From assembly GCA_039798785.1 (NCBI GenBank), contig JBDKFG010000002.1, positions 60,853-124,852 on the forward strand: a stretch of DNA of 64,000 nucleotides, read 5' to 3'. The stretch is from Verrucomicrobiota bacterium (GTDB lineage: Bacteria; Verrucomicrobiota; Lentisphaeria; Lentisphaerales; Lentisphaeraceae). This document shows, in pieces, positions 37,301 to 46,900 of the stretch (the first letter of the stretch is position 1; each line of letters begins with the position of its first letter). The position numbers and the translations under genes are program-made. Below the pieces are notes generated by a model that made no database searches, was not told the origin of the DNA, and saw only the letters and a program-made list of their open reading frames with translations.

Positions 37301-40300
37301 AAGCACCTTCTCGCCGCCGCCGATGCCTTCGACGCCCAGGAAGACCAGGAATTCACCGGTAATGTCCTGAGTAACGACGAAGCCCGTGACGCCAAGGCCG
37401 TTCTCAATGACCAAGCCTCCCACGGCACCGTCGATCTCCGCGACGACGGCAGCTTCACTTGGCATCCCGAGGCCAACTACCACGGCCCGGCCACATTCAG
37501 CTACCACCTCGAACGCCTCGGGCGCAGCAGCGCTCTCGCCACCGTCACCCTGACCATCATCCCCGTTGATGACGCGCCGGTCCTGAGCCAAGCCCTGCTA
37601 GCCCGTCAGCTCCTCGAAGATGCCGCCGTCAACGGCTTCGATCTCGCCGCTTATTTCAACGATCCCGACGGCGACACCCTGAGCTTTGAAATCGTCAGCA
37701 ACGATCACCCCGAAATCCTGAATGCCAGCGCCTCCGGTTCGACCCTGAACTTCCAGCCCAAGCCCGATGCTTTTGGTCAAGCCCTTGTGCGACTCCGCGC
37801 CAGCGCCAACGGTCAATCCGTGGAGCAGGATCTTGACTTCACCATCAGCCCCGTCAACGACGCTCCCGTTCTGGCACAATCTCTGCCCGTCCAGGAACTC
37901 CTCGAAGATGCGGCCGCCGCCCAGATCGATTTGGCGAACTATTTCAAAGATGTCGATGGCGACAGCCTCAGCTACCAATTACTGGGCAATGACCACCCCG
38001 AGCACTTGGAAACCAGTCTCGCCGGCTCTATCCTCAGCTTCCGCCCCAAGGCCGATGCCAACGGCCAAGCCACTCTCAGCCTCCGCGTCTCCGACGGCAG
38101 CCTGAATGTCGAAGTCCCCCTGACCTTCAACATCAGCCCGGTGGACGATGCTCCCGTGGCCGCTGCCATCCCCGCGTTGACCGTCCTTGAAGACTCTGCG
38201 CTTGCGACTCTCGACTTGACCCCCTACTTCAGCGATGTGGATGGCGATACGCTGACCTTCGAATTGGTAACTGGCGCTTCTCTCCTCAATGCCGCGGTGA
38301 CAGGCAACACCCTCCACTATCAGCCCAAACCTGACGCCAACGGCTCTGCGATTTTGAAAGTCCGTGCCTCGGCCAACGGCAAGTCTGCTGACGCGGATGT
38401 CGTAATCAACATCACGCCGGTCGACGACGCTCCCGTGATGGTGCAGGCGCTCCCCGCCCAAACAGTGCTTGAAGACGCTGCCCCGAGCACTCTGAATCTG
38501 GTTCCCTTCTTTGCCGATGTGGACGGTGATTCCCTCAGCTTTGAGCTCACTGGCAATGACCATCCCGAAATCCTGACGGCCTCGGTCGTCGGTGCCATCC
38601 TCCACTTCCAACCCCAGCCCGATGCCCATGGCACGGTCACTCTCAAGGTTCGGGCCAATGCCAACGGCAAGTCCGTAGAAGCGGACCTCGTGGTCACTGT
38701 CACTCCTGTGGATGACGCCCCAGTGGCCCTGGCCTTGCCTGCTCAGACTGTCCTCGAAGACTCGGCCCCCAGCACTCTTGACCTGACGCCCTTCTTCAGT
38801 GACATCGATGGCGACAGCCTGAGCTTCGCTCTGGTCAGCCTTGATCACCCCGAGACGGTCAGTGCCAATGTGGTGGGCTCCATCCTCCACTACCAGCCCA
38901 AGCCCGATGCCAATGGTGTCGTGACCTTGAAGCTTCGTGCTACCGCCAACGGCCAATCAGTCGATGCCGATCTCTCCCTCACCGTCACTCCTGTCGATGA
39001 CGCTCCGGTTGTCGCCCAAGCCTTCCCTGCTCGAACTCTTCTTGAAGATGCCTCGGCGGTTGCCCTCGACTTGACGCCGCATTTCAAGGACATTGACGGC
39101 GACATCTTGACCTACGAAGTTGTCAGTGTCACGGCTCCGGAGCTTCTCAGCACTTCCGTTGCCGGCAGCACCTTGAGCTTCCAGCCCAAGCCCGATGCCA
39201 ACGGCTCGACCATAGTGAAACTCCGCGCCTCGGCCAACGGCAAGTCGGTCGAAGCGGATCTCGTGGTCACTGTCACTCCGGTTGATGATGCCCCAGTCGC
39301 CTCGGCCATCCCGGCTCAAACCATGCTCGAAGATGCCGCAGTCGCGACGCTGGATCTCTCCCTCTATTTCAAGGATGTCGATGCCGACACCCTGAGCTAC
39401 GAACTGGTCAGCGGCGACGCCCTGCTCACCTCGACTCTCAGCTCCTCCACTCTGAACTTCCAGCCCAAGGCTGACCTCAACGGCACCGCCACACTGACTC
39501 TCCGCGCCACTGCCAATGGCAAGTCGGTTGATGCCATAGTCACCGTGCTCATCACCCCCGTCGATGATGCGCCCACCGTCGCCCGCACTCCCGTCATCCC
39601 CGAGCTGCGTGCCCGTGGCACGGTTCGTGTCGTCAACATCGCCGGCATCTTCACCGACAAGGACAACGAGGTCTCGCTGATCACCACGGCGGTCAACGGC
39701 AACACCCATCCCGAGTTCGCCACCGCCGTTCTGGCCAACGCCACCGATCTCCTGATCACCCCGCTTGCCGAAGGTCAAACCGTCGTCACCCTGCGCGGCA
39801 CCAGCGGCGGTCTGACCTGCGACCTGCCCCTGACCCTCAATGTCCTCCCCTCGCTGCAAGCCCAGCCCCAGCCCGACACCGCCCAGGTCGACAAAGGCGG
39901 CACGGTGGACATCGACATCCTCGCCAACGACGGCCCCGGCCTTGCGCTGAGCGATGTGGTCATCACCAAGCTCCGCAACGGTGAAGTCTCGATCGACACC
40001 AGCCGCGGCATCCTGAGCTTCCATCACAACCCCATCCAGGATGGCGCCACCGGCTTCGCTTACGCCCTCAAAGATCCCAGCACAGGCATCCTCTCTGCCT
40101 CTGTCTGGGTGGATGTCACGGTCATCGACAACGATCATTTCCCGATCAAGCAGCAGATGCCCAAGGACTGGTACAAGCCCGATGGCGCCAAGCACTTCTG
40201 GCAAGTCGATCACAAGACCCTAGCCTTTGAAAGCGACCTGAGCCTCTGCTCCAAGACCACCAAGGACAAGGAGACCAGCGCCATGGCCTTTAACGGGCGC

Positions 40301-41254
40301 TTCGAGAACGGCTCCATCAGCTTCGCCGCCAAGATCTCCAGCAAGCCCGGCGACCGCCTCGTCTTCGCCATCGACGGCGTCGAAAAGCAGAACTGGACCG
40401 GTGTCGTCGACTGGGTTCAGGTCAGTGTTCCGGTCAGCGCCGGCATCCACACTCTCACTTGGTCCTATGTCAAAGACGCCTCCGGCAAGGCTGGTGAAGA
40501 CCGCGCCTGGATCGATGCCGTCAAGCTCCCCCTGTGGCAAGAACCCTTCCCCGGCCCCCAGGGCATGCCCGAAGCTTGGGAAATCCCCGAAGGCATGAAG
40601 GCCTTCAAGCTCACTGACAACGATGCGGCCGAGGGCAGCAGCAGCCTGGTATCGCCCAATATCGGCCACAACAAGACTGTTGGCATGCGCCTCACCGCCG
40701 ACTTCGCCGCCGGAGATGTCGGCTTCCTGAGCAAGGTCTCCAGCCAGCTCAACGCTGACTTCCTGGAGTTCTGGGTCGACGACACCAAGGTGCTGAACTT
40801 GTCCGGCGAACAAGATTGGACTCAGAAATTCGCCACCTTGACCGCCGGCCGTCATGCCCTGACCTGGATCTACCGCAAGGACGCCAGGGACAGCCGCGGT
40901 AAAGACAGCGCTTGGATCGACGGACTCACTCTGCCCGGTTGCGAACTTCGCATCTTCAAAGCCAACGCCGAAATCGAAGGTGAAGGCACCGTCGACCCCA
41001 GACTCTGGATCGCCACCGATGGCCAGCGACTCAACTTCTCCTTCAAAGCCGCGCCCGGCTGGAAACTCGCCGAAGCCCGCCTTGATGACGGCACCCGTCT
41101 CAAGATCTCTGACGACGACGATGACCATGACCATGATGACGACGAACATGACGATGGCGACGATGATGATTGCCGTAATGATCTTGAAGTCGAACTCCCC
41201 GCCCTCCGTCGTGACACCATCGTCCGCTTTAAATTCGTGAAGGTGAAAAAATGA
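34400..41254 (+). CDS. Giant secreted adhesin-like protein: Calx-beta, beta-propeller-like, Ig, tandem cadherin-like (~95 aa) repeats, duplicated C-terminal beta domain
   Basis: Signal peptide (LTLLLSTLATWA/EE); Calx-beta motif (LSFAPGE.....LNDD..E..E); eight PV(D/N)DAP junctions; DxDGD motifs. Confidence 0.9.
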   Translation: MSPLCNSFGARRIICALTLLLSTLATWAEESVCSKVKIEIPQELTLERQGFEATMRITNGSPDPLNAVKIEVLFKDAEGNPVLASSDPNAVNAKFFIRESAKEQIAAVDGTGSVASGSTAVIKWLIIPAPGAAGNLPGGRLYKVGAKLEYTLKGEAQAVDVIPDSITVNPMPDLTLDYFLPLDVLGDEPFTAEIEAPVPFSLGVRVKNIGFGDASHLKIESAQPKIIENRQGLQVNFRLLGSQVQDKSVNDGLLLDFGTIGGKSAACGRWVMESSLSGKMTEFTATFTHDDALGGKLTSLIQAVRTHTLLRDVRLDSPGKDSVREFLAKDVDAIRLYDSDGSEAEVIDISSQVSFDGSHLQVPAVPGIFYASIPVSDSLGAMLVSQVRRADGRVPPQENVWISKVRNPQNGSYQSFLNIFDYPVSDPVTGEVQAQAQTYDLSFAAPVSDTPVLSVPGTQVVAPNQRVTFTVAASAPNGAATVLSATPLYAGATFQNGAFDWTPPRSGSFPITFSATANGKTVSKSVLIVAAVNEVAVAFAGSSAEVVENTGKAEIEITLDQPCSETVSVQVNAAPGSSAQVVSDYLPLGTLSFAPGEIRKKLVIELNDDLEAEATEVLKLQFGDITHGHPAVADAIFDLTLKDDDLVGALALVQGDQVIKVNPATGATISVLARDLYLRAPTGFVWNKDGDLLVASSSGRILAFDRAGKAHDELHPAVSLGQTGKLQIDAQGCLWTLSRFDETCRLFCLNASSGEVLRSLDLPLACTDFQVREDGQVAVLSPDTLTLVGATANVNISLPAEIHPSLLALDGNGDLLLAGGGAIHRYHDAAFSLVQEDATLDQPLAFTWQQGKSFTSTAQFITSYDGSSAAAVVQLGNSPQLALAGIKPAFITDDLAVVAEEGDVIHLRARAEGSPAVSHEWRLNDSPAAQGTQLDLTLEAAQDGARLVCVAKNALGEARSQSTLKVYKHLLAAADAFDAQEDQEFTGNVLSNDEARDAKAVLNDQASHGTVDLRDDGSFTWHPEANYHGPATFSYHLERLGRSSALATVTLTIIPVDDAPVLSQALLARQLLEDAAVNGFDLAAYFNDPDGDTLSFEIVSNDHPEILNASASGSTLNFQPKPDAFGQALVRLRASANGQSVEQDLDFTISPVNDAPVLAQSLPVQELLEDAAAAQIDLANYFKDVDGDSLSYQLLGNDHPEHLETSLAGSILSFRPKADANGQATLSLRVSDGSLNVEVPLTFNISPVDDAPVAAAIPALTVLEDSALATLDLTPYFSDVDGDTLTFELVTGASLLNAAVTGNTLHYQPKPDANGSAILKVRASANGKSADADVVINITPVDDAPVMVQALPAQTVLEDAAPSTLNLVPFFADVDGDSLSFELTGNDHPEILTASVVGAILHFQPQPDAHGTVTLKVRANANGKSVEADLVVTVTPVDDAPVALALPAQTVLEDSAPSTLDLTPFFSDIDGDSLSFALVSLDHPETVSANVVGSILHYQPKPDANGVVTLKLRATANGQSVDADLSLTVTPVDDAPVVAQAFPARTLLEDASAVALDLTPHFKDIDGDILTYEVVSVTAPELLSTSVAGSTLSFQPKPDANGSTIVKLRASANGKSVEADLVVTVTPVDDAPVASAIPAQTMLEDAAVATLDLSLYFKDVDADTLSYELVSGDALLTSTLSSSTLNFQPKADLNGTATLTLRATANGKSVDAIVTVLITPVDDAPTVARTPVIPELRARGTVRVVNIAGIFTDKDNEVSLITTAVNGNTHPEFATAVLANATDLLITPLAEGQTVVTLRGTSGGLTCDLPLTLNVLPSLQAQPQPDTAQVDKGGTVDIDILANDGPGLALSDVVITKLRNGEVSIDTSRGILSFHHNPIQDGATGFAYALKDPSTGILSASVWVDVTVIDNDHFPIKQQMPKDWYKPDGAKHFWQVDHKTLAFESDLSLCSKTTKDKETSAMAFNGRFENGSISFAAKISSKPGDRLVFAIDGVEKQNWTGVVDWVQVSVPVSAGIHTLTWSYVKDASGKAGEDRAWIDAVKLPLWQEPFPGPQGMPEAWEIPEGMKAFKLTDNDAAEGSSSLVSPNIGHNKTVGMRLTADFAAGDVGFLSKVSSQLNADFLEFWVDDTKVLNLSGEQDWTQKFATLTAGRHALTWIYRKDARDSRGKDSAWIDGLTLPGCELRIFKANAEIEGEGTVDPRLWIATDGQRLNFSFKAAPGWKLAEARLDDGTRLKISDDDDDHDHDDDEHDDGDDDDCRNDLEVELPALRRDTIVRFKFVKVKK
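37562..39574 (+). repeat. Seven intragenic tandem repeats of ~279-288 bp
   Basis: PV(D/N)DAP codons recur at about 37562, 37850, 38138, 38417, 38705, 38990, 39278 and 39557. Confidence 0.85.
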
Positions 41255-41649
41255 AACTGACAAGCTTCTGTGCCGCTTTCCTGATGGCACTCCCCCTCTG
41301 TGCTCTGACCCTCGCCGAAACCAAAGGCGAATACCAGATCGACGAAGATGCGTCGGTCTCTGCCGCCCGTCTCGCCGGAGCGCCTGAAGCCGCCATTCGT
41401 CGCAAATTGGCCAGCTGGAAAGGTTGCCGCTTGGTCCTCAGCGACAAGGAAGTCATGATCACGCGTGGCGAGGTCGTGCTGCAAAAAGGCGTCTTCCGTG
41501 CTGACGAAAGCAAAGCCGAAGTCCTGACCCTGAATATCGCCGCTGCTCGTGGCCCGATCGAACTCAAACTTGCCAAGAAGAGCGGTGGCATCAGTTGTGA
41601 GGGCCTGGGAGCTCCCGGTAACGATGTCATCTGGAAAACTGCGCCCTGA
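41251..41649 (+). CDS. Small secreted protein
   Basis: Signal peptide; ATGA overlap with the upstream gene. Confidence 0.75.
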   Translation: MKLTSFCAAFLMALPLCALTLAETKGEYQIDEDASVSAARLAGAPEAAIRRKLASWKGCRLVLSDKEVMITRGEVVLQKGVFRADESKAEVLTLNIAAARGPIELKLAKKSGGISCEGLGAPGNDVIWKTAP

Positions 41650-42722
41650 TGAAACTCTGGCCCGCCATCCTGCTTTTGGCTCTGCCGCTTGCTGCGGCGG
41701 AGACTTCGGTTACTGCTCCGGGGACACGGACTCCGGTGAAGCCCACCGTCGCCCAGCCTGTAGTCGCGGCCTTGGATCTTGGCAAGCTCAAGGCAGGTCA
41801 GATCATTACTTTGCCCTTCACTGCCACCCGCACCGGCCTGATCAGCCAAGCCGTCTGCCGGGTTCCTGGCCTGGCGCTGCTGGAGCGGCCGCTAGGCCTG
41901 CGGGCTGGCGAGCAGTCGCAAATCATCCTCTTCGTCCAAGTCGGCCAATCAGGTCCGCTCAAGGGGAGGATTGAATTCGGCATCGGCAAGGACAAGGAAA
42001 CTCTTGAAGTCATGGCGCAAGTCGAGGGCGGCACCGGTCCCTCCATTCCTGCTCTGCCGCCGCGCGTCCTGCGCAGCTACGACGCCTCTCTCTATGTCGA
42101 TGCCAAGAGCGTCCGCGAACAGCCCGCAAGCATCCTTTGTGACCTGCGGCATTTCCACGAAGTTCAGAGTGTTTCCCTGCCGGGTGCCTTGACCTTCCGC
42201 TTGGAGGATCTGCGCAATTCTCCTCAATTCCGCGAACGCCCGCTGGTGCTGATCGGCGGTGGCCCCCTCGACCGTGACCTCGAAGCTGATTGCCAACGCC
42301 TCCGCAAAGCTGGTTGCACTCAGGTCCGTATCCTTCGTGGCGGTCTCGCAGCCTGGAGTCAAGCCGGCGGCTCTCTCAACGGTAGCAAAGAATCTGCTCT
42401 CTCGTGCAGCCCTCTGGATGCCATCCTCGCCCGCGATTTCGCGCAGACCATCTTCGTCAACGCTTGCACTCGCCCCGTGCCGACTCAACTCATCCGCGAC
42501 ACCTTGAGCCTCGAAGCTGCCGCCAAGCTCCCGCCCGGTTCGGACTTCATCATCCTCACTGATGACGGCAAAATCTCCAAGATCCCCCAATTGCCCGGCC
42601 CCAGCTTTGTTCTTGCTGGCGGTCTCAAAGCCCTCGAAGCGAAGGCGCAAGAAATCGCGCGACTGCAAGAATCTGGCAAGATGCTGCTCACCAGCGCCAG
42701 AAAAGGTTGCGGTTGTTCATGA
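41649..42722 (+). CDS. Secreted Ig-like + rhodanese-like domain protein
   Basis: Signal peptide; CDLR...LPGA...VRILRGGLAAW; a second degenerate copy (VLAGGLKA); C-terminal CGCS. Confidence 0.75.
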   Translation: MKLWPAILLLALPLAAAETSVTAPGTRTPVKPTVAQPVVAALDLGKLKAGQIITLPFTATRTGLISQAVCRVPGLALLERPLGLRAGEQSQIILFVQVGQSGPLKGRIEFGIGKDKETLEVMAQVEGGTGPSIPALPPRVLRSYDASLYVDAKSVREQPASILCDLRHFHEVQSVSLPGALTFRLEDLRNSPQFRERPLVLIGGGPLDRDLEADCQRLRKAGCTQVRILRGGLAAWSQAGGSLNGSKESALSCSPLDAILARDFAQTIFVNACTRPVPTQLIRDTLSLEAAAKLPPGSDFIILTDDGKISKIPQLPGPSFVLAGGLKALEAKAQEIARLQESGKMLLTSARKGCGCS

Positions 42723-42846
42723 TCCGAACAGGGACACAACTGGGCCACCATCGGGATACAATGGGGACACAACAAGAATGCGGCATTATGCTAGGGGCAC
42801 CGGCATCTAGCCGGTGCTCAGACTCAACCATCCATGGAGGTGCATA

Positions 42847-43112
42847 TGCGCAGATTGACGGAAATGCCAGACCACAAAAAATTGCTCGTCATCAAAATGC
42901 TGTTTGCCGCAGGTCTGTTTTTTGGATTGGCGTCAGCTGTCTTGGAAGTCTATGCTCACGCATTCAAACAGCTGGGGCTCATTTTCATGATTGCAGCCTT
43001 CGCTTCTTTAGTCTTGCATCAAGTTTTAATGATTCTGGGCTTTTGGGTCTTGTCTCGACGCTACGCATCCGCCTTCGTCTACTCCTTGCCTTCATTTGTG
43101 CAGCGTCAATAA
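42847..43112 (+). CDS. Small membrane protein
   Basis: GGAGGT RBS; two or three hydrophobic helices; lower GC than the operon. Confidence 0.5.
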
Positions 43113-43945
43113 CAGGTCTTGCTGGCGAGGCACCTCCTTCGCCTCGCCAGCTCCATGAATTCCCCGCTCCCGTCCTCAAGGACGAAAAACGTCTGACCCT
43201 GATCTGGTCCTGGCAGCTACAAAATCCCACCGCCAAGCCGTGTCGGAACATCACCTTCCGTGGCTTATTACCCATGCTCAAGGCTCCTGGACAGCGCCTC
43301 GTTTCCGTCAAATTCTCGCGCAACGCCGCGATCCAAACTGATGAACTCGGCCACGCCTTGGCCGTGCTGCAAATCTCAGAGCTCCCTCCTTTCGACAGCA
43401 TCCGCTTCGATGTTCAGGCCGAAGTCGCCCTGCATCCTGAGCTTCCCGCTCCCACCTGGTCGAGCGAAGCCGCGCTCAAGGATTCCCTCTTCGTCGAGGC
43501 GAGCAGTGCCGAAATCAAGGCTTTGGCCGCTACGCTTAAAACCCCTGCCGCCGACTCCACCTGGATCGGCAAGAATATCAAGCCCCTCGCGCCCTATGCC
43601 GACACCCTCGGCGCCCGCGTCTGCTTGGAGAAGAAAGAGGGCGACTGCACCGAACGCGCCTGCTTGATGACGGCGCTTTGCCGTGCTCAGCAAGTTCCCG
43701 CGCTCCCCGTCTTCGGTTTCATCGCCTCCCGCTCGGGACAGCTCTCCCCCTATGCCGGCCACGACTGCCTTTATCTCCTCCAGGAGAAGACCTGGAAGCG
43801 CCTGGAACCCGGAGCTCCCGCCGGCAAGCTCCCGCCCTTCATCGCCTTCCGCCTGATCGGCTCCCCTTTATCGACTCTGCTCGGAGGCGAAGTGCGCCAC
43901 CAGTGCAGCGACAAATCTCTTGAAATCACCATGAACCCCAAGTGA
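43043..43945 (+). CDS. Transglutaminase-like domain protein (start uncertain)
   Basis: GDCTERACLMTALCRAQQVPA..V.G with downstream H; signal-like LRLLLAFICAASITGLA near 43070-43125. Confidence 0.75.
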   Translation: MGLVSTLRIRLRLLLAFICAASITGLAGEAPPSPRQLHEFPAPVLKDEKRLTLIWSWQLQNPTAKPCRNITFRGLLPMLKAPGQRLVSVKFSRNAAIQTDELGHALAVLQISELPPFDSIRFDVQAEVALHPELPAPTWSSEAALKDSLFVEASSAEIKALAATLKTPAADSTWIGKNIKPLAPYADTLGARVCLEKKEGDCTERACLMTALCRAQQVPALPVFGFIASRSGQLSPYAGHDCLYLLQEKTWKRLEPGAPAGKLPPFIAFRLIGSPLSTLLGGEVRHQCSDKSLEITMNPK

Positions 43946-43956
43946 ATGTGAAGCCC

Positions 43957-46900
43957 ATGAAGCGTCTACTCAGCCTCCTTCTCTGCCTCCTCGGTCTCAG
44001 CGCCTTGGCACAGGACCCCGTCACCATCGACACGGACCGCACCCTTGCGGCCGATGACCAAAGCCTGGAAGGCAAGGCCATTACCGTGGCACCCAATGTC
44101 AAATTCACGGTGTCAGGAGCACACAGCTTTGCTTCGCTGGCTCTGCAGGACAGTGCCATCCTCACCCACCCCCAGTCGACGGCCACCAAGGAAGAAGGTC
44201 TGGATCTCACCGTCACGGGGGCCGTCACCCTCGACTACAACGCCCGCATTGATGTCACCGGCAAGGGCTTCCCTGCCGGCTACACTCGTGGAGCCAACAG
44301 CCCGCAGCTTCACAATCTGCCCGCCGGCCGTGGGGGTGCGCACGGCTCCTATGGCGTGTATACCGAGACCACTCCTATCGATCCCAACGGCTACAACTAC
44401 ATCCCCCGTCCCAGTGGCGAGGTCTATGGTGATTTCCGAGCCCCCTACGAGTGCGGTTCGGGTGGCGGCCTTGCCGTCGATGGCACTGGCCTTGCTGGTG
44501 GCGGCCGCGTCCGCATCCGCTGCGACAGCTTCACCTCCTCCGGCATCGTCCAGGCCGACGGTGAATCCAGTGCCGATGGCATCGGCCCCGGTGCCGGCGG
44601 CAGCATCTGGATCAAGGCCAACACCTGGAGTTACCTTTACGGCCAAGGATTCAGCGCCCAAGGCGGCAGCCAGGGCGCTCTTTCCCATGGCCCCGGCACT
44701 GGCGGCGGTGGCCGTATCTTCCTCGAAAATGTCCAATTCCAGGAAGCTTGGATGTCGGAATACCTGTTCTACGGAGTCAGCTCCGCCAGCGGTGCCAAGC
44801 AAGTTGCCGACGCTTGGGGCTATACCAGCACCTCCCCCGGCAGTGCCGGCACCGTCTATGTCACCTTGACCGAAGGTCTGCCTATAATCTACCAAGGCCC
44901 AGTGGCACTCCCCGAAATCACTGACAACACCTGGGCCAGCATCCAGAACCAGAGCCTGTACCGCAAGGCGCTGGCGACGCCGATCTGGTTCGGCGTCCGT
45001 GGCCAGACCGCAGACGACCCGCAGGAATTCGCCTTCGAGCTGCGTCTGAACTCAGGTCACTGCCATTTCGAGACCCCGTCCACTACTCTCAAGCCCACGC
45101 TGCCGGCTTCGTCCTATGGGGGCATGGGTCCCGGCTCGATGCTTCTCTGCGACGGCCCGGTGCAACTTGGCAGTGATCTCAATCTCGCCGTCTTCGCCGA
45201 ATTCAAGAAGCTGCTCCTTCCTGTGGCCACCACCGTCAGCCTCAACGTCCAAGGTGGGGTCCTCCGTGCTGACGAATTGATCCGCGGCGAGGTCCAGGAC
45301 CTCAATATCGGCAGCGGCACCTACCTCATCCCCGATCTTCGCGGCTGGCGCAATGCCAGTGTCAACGGCGCCCTCGCCCTGATGCAAGGTCGCGTTGAAG
45401 TCGATACCTTGACCATCGGCACTCCGGGTTCCTACGGTGCTGGCCTCAGTATCAAGTCAGGCACCCAGGACCCGCGCTTGGAGATCCGCGCCCGCGTCCT
45501 CACTGTCTCTGATTACTCTGTCGTCACCGTCAGTGGTCGTGGTCCCCGTCCCGGTCTTGACCAGAACTTCGCCCCCAACCTGCTACTCCAGGAATATGAA
45601 GGCGGCTCCCACGGCGGCATCGCCCTCTTCCTGGACGGACGTGTCTCCGCCGCCAGCCCCTATGACAACGAGCGCTGGCCCCAGCTTCCCGGCCAAGGCG
45701 GCCACATCGCCCCTGGCCTGACCGCCAACGCCTCAGGTGGCATGATGATGGGCAATGACCCCTTCTACACCGCCGAGACGGCCGCTTGGCAAGGCTCCGG
45801 CGGCGGCATCATCGACATCCTCGCCGACGAAGTCAATCTCGCCTATGGCGCGGCCATCGCCGCTGATGGTTCCAGCGGCTACAGCTATGGCCCCTATGGC
45901 GGACCATCCATCGTCACTGGCGCCGGTGCCGGCGGCAGCATCCTCCTGCGCAGCCGTAAGTTCCAGTTCGACCCCAACTCCTGGCAGAAGCCTCTCAGCG
46001 CTGCCGGCGCCGATACCTACAACCCCAGCACCGGCAACTACAGCTATGGTGCTGGTGGCCGTGTGGCCGTCTACTCCGATGAAAATGGCGGTTTGACTGC
46101 GGCCTCCGTCAATGTCCAGGCCGATGCTTATGGCAATTACATTGGTCCCTCCGCCACCGGCGACGGCTCGGTCTACATCGCCCCGCGTTCCGCCATGCCC
46201 TTCCTCATCCAGTCGGCACAGGTGGTCGACGGCAAGATCCGCCTCTTCTTCAACAAGGCCGTCGATGCCGCCAGCTTCACCACCACCGATGTTTCCCTCA
46301 CCAAGGACGGCCAGTCCGTCGCCGTGCAAAGCCTCGTCGCCGTCAACGATTCCACCTGGGATGTCAGTGCGGCCTTCGCATCCGGCAGCTATGACCTGAC
46401 CGTCGGCCCCGCGCTGTCTGCTCAGGATGGCGGCATCTTCGACCTCAATGGCGACGGCGCCGCCGATAGCTATCATCAACAACTTCAGCTCAGCGCCACG
46501 GCGATCCCAGCTCCTGTCATCAGCAGCCATGACCTTGCCCAGACCTATCGCATCCTGACCGCCCAAGGCACCCTTACCGTCACTGGCAGCCGCCCCCAGG
46601 CCACCTACCTCATCGTCAACGGCGCCAACTCCGGCCTGCCCGCTGCCGCAGGGGAATTCAGCCTCAGCCTCCCCCTGCACGAAGGCCTCAACACCTTCAA
46701 CTTCCAGGCCGCCGACGCCAACGGCAACCTCTCCGAGGTCCGCACCCTGAATGTCGTCCGCAACTCCGCCGCTCCCCAGATCGTTCAAAGCCAGCCCGCA
46801 GGCAACAGCTACCTGCAGAACCTCGCCCAGATCCAGCTCAAATGGCAGGACAGCTACGGCTCCCCCGATCTCGGCAAGAGCAGCTTCTCCCTTAGTCGCA

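Noticed and set aside
42707..43042. N-terminal ~110 aa of the 412-aa ORF
   Set aside because: It covers repeats, a hairpin and a better-supported ORF in another frame; the signal-like segment starts later.
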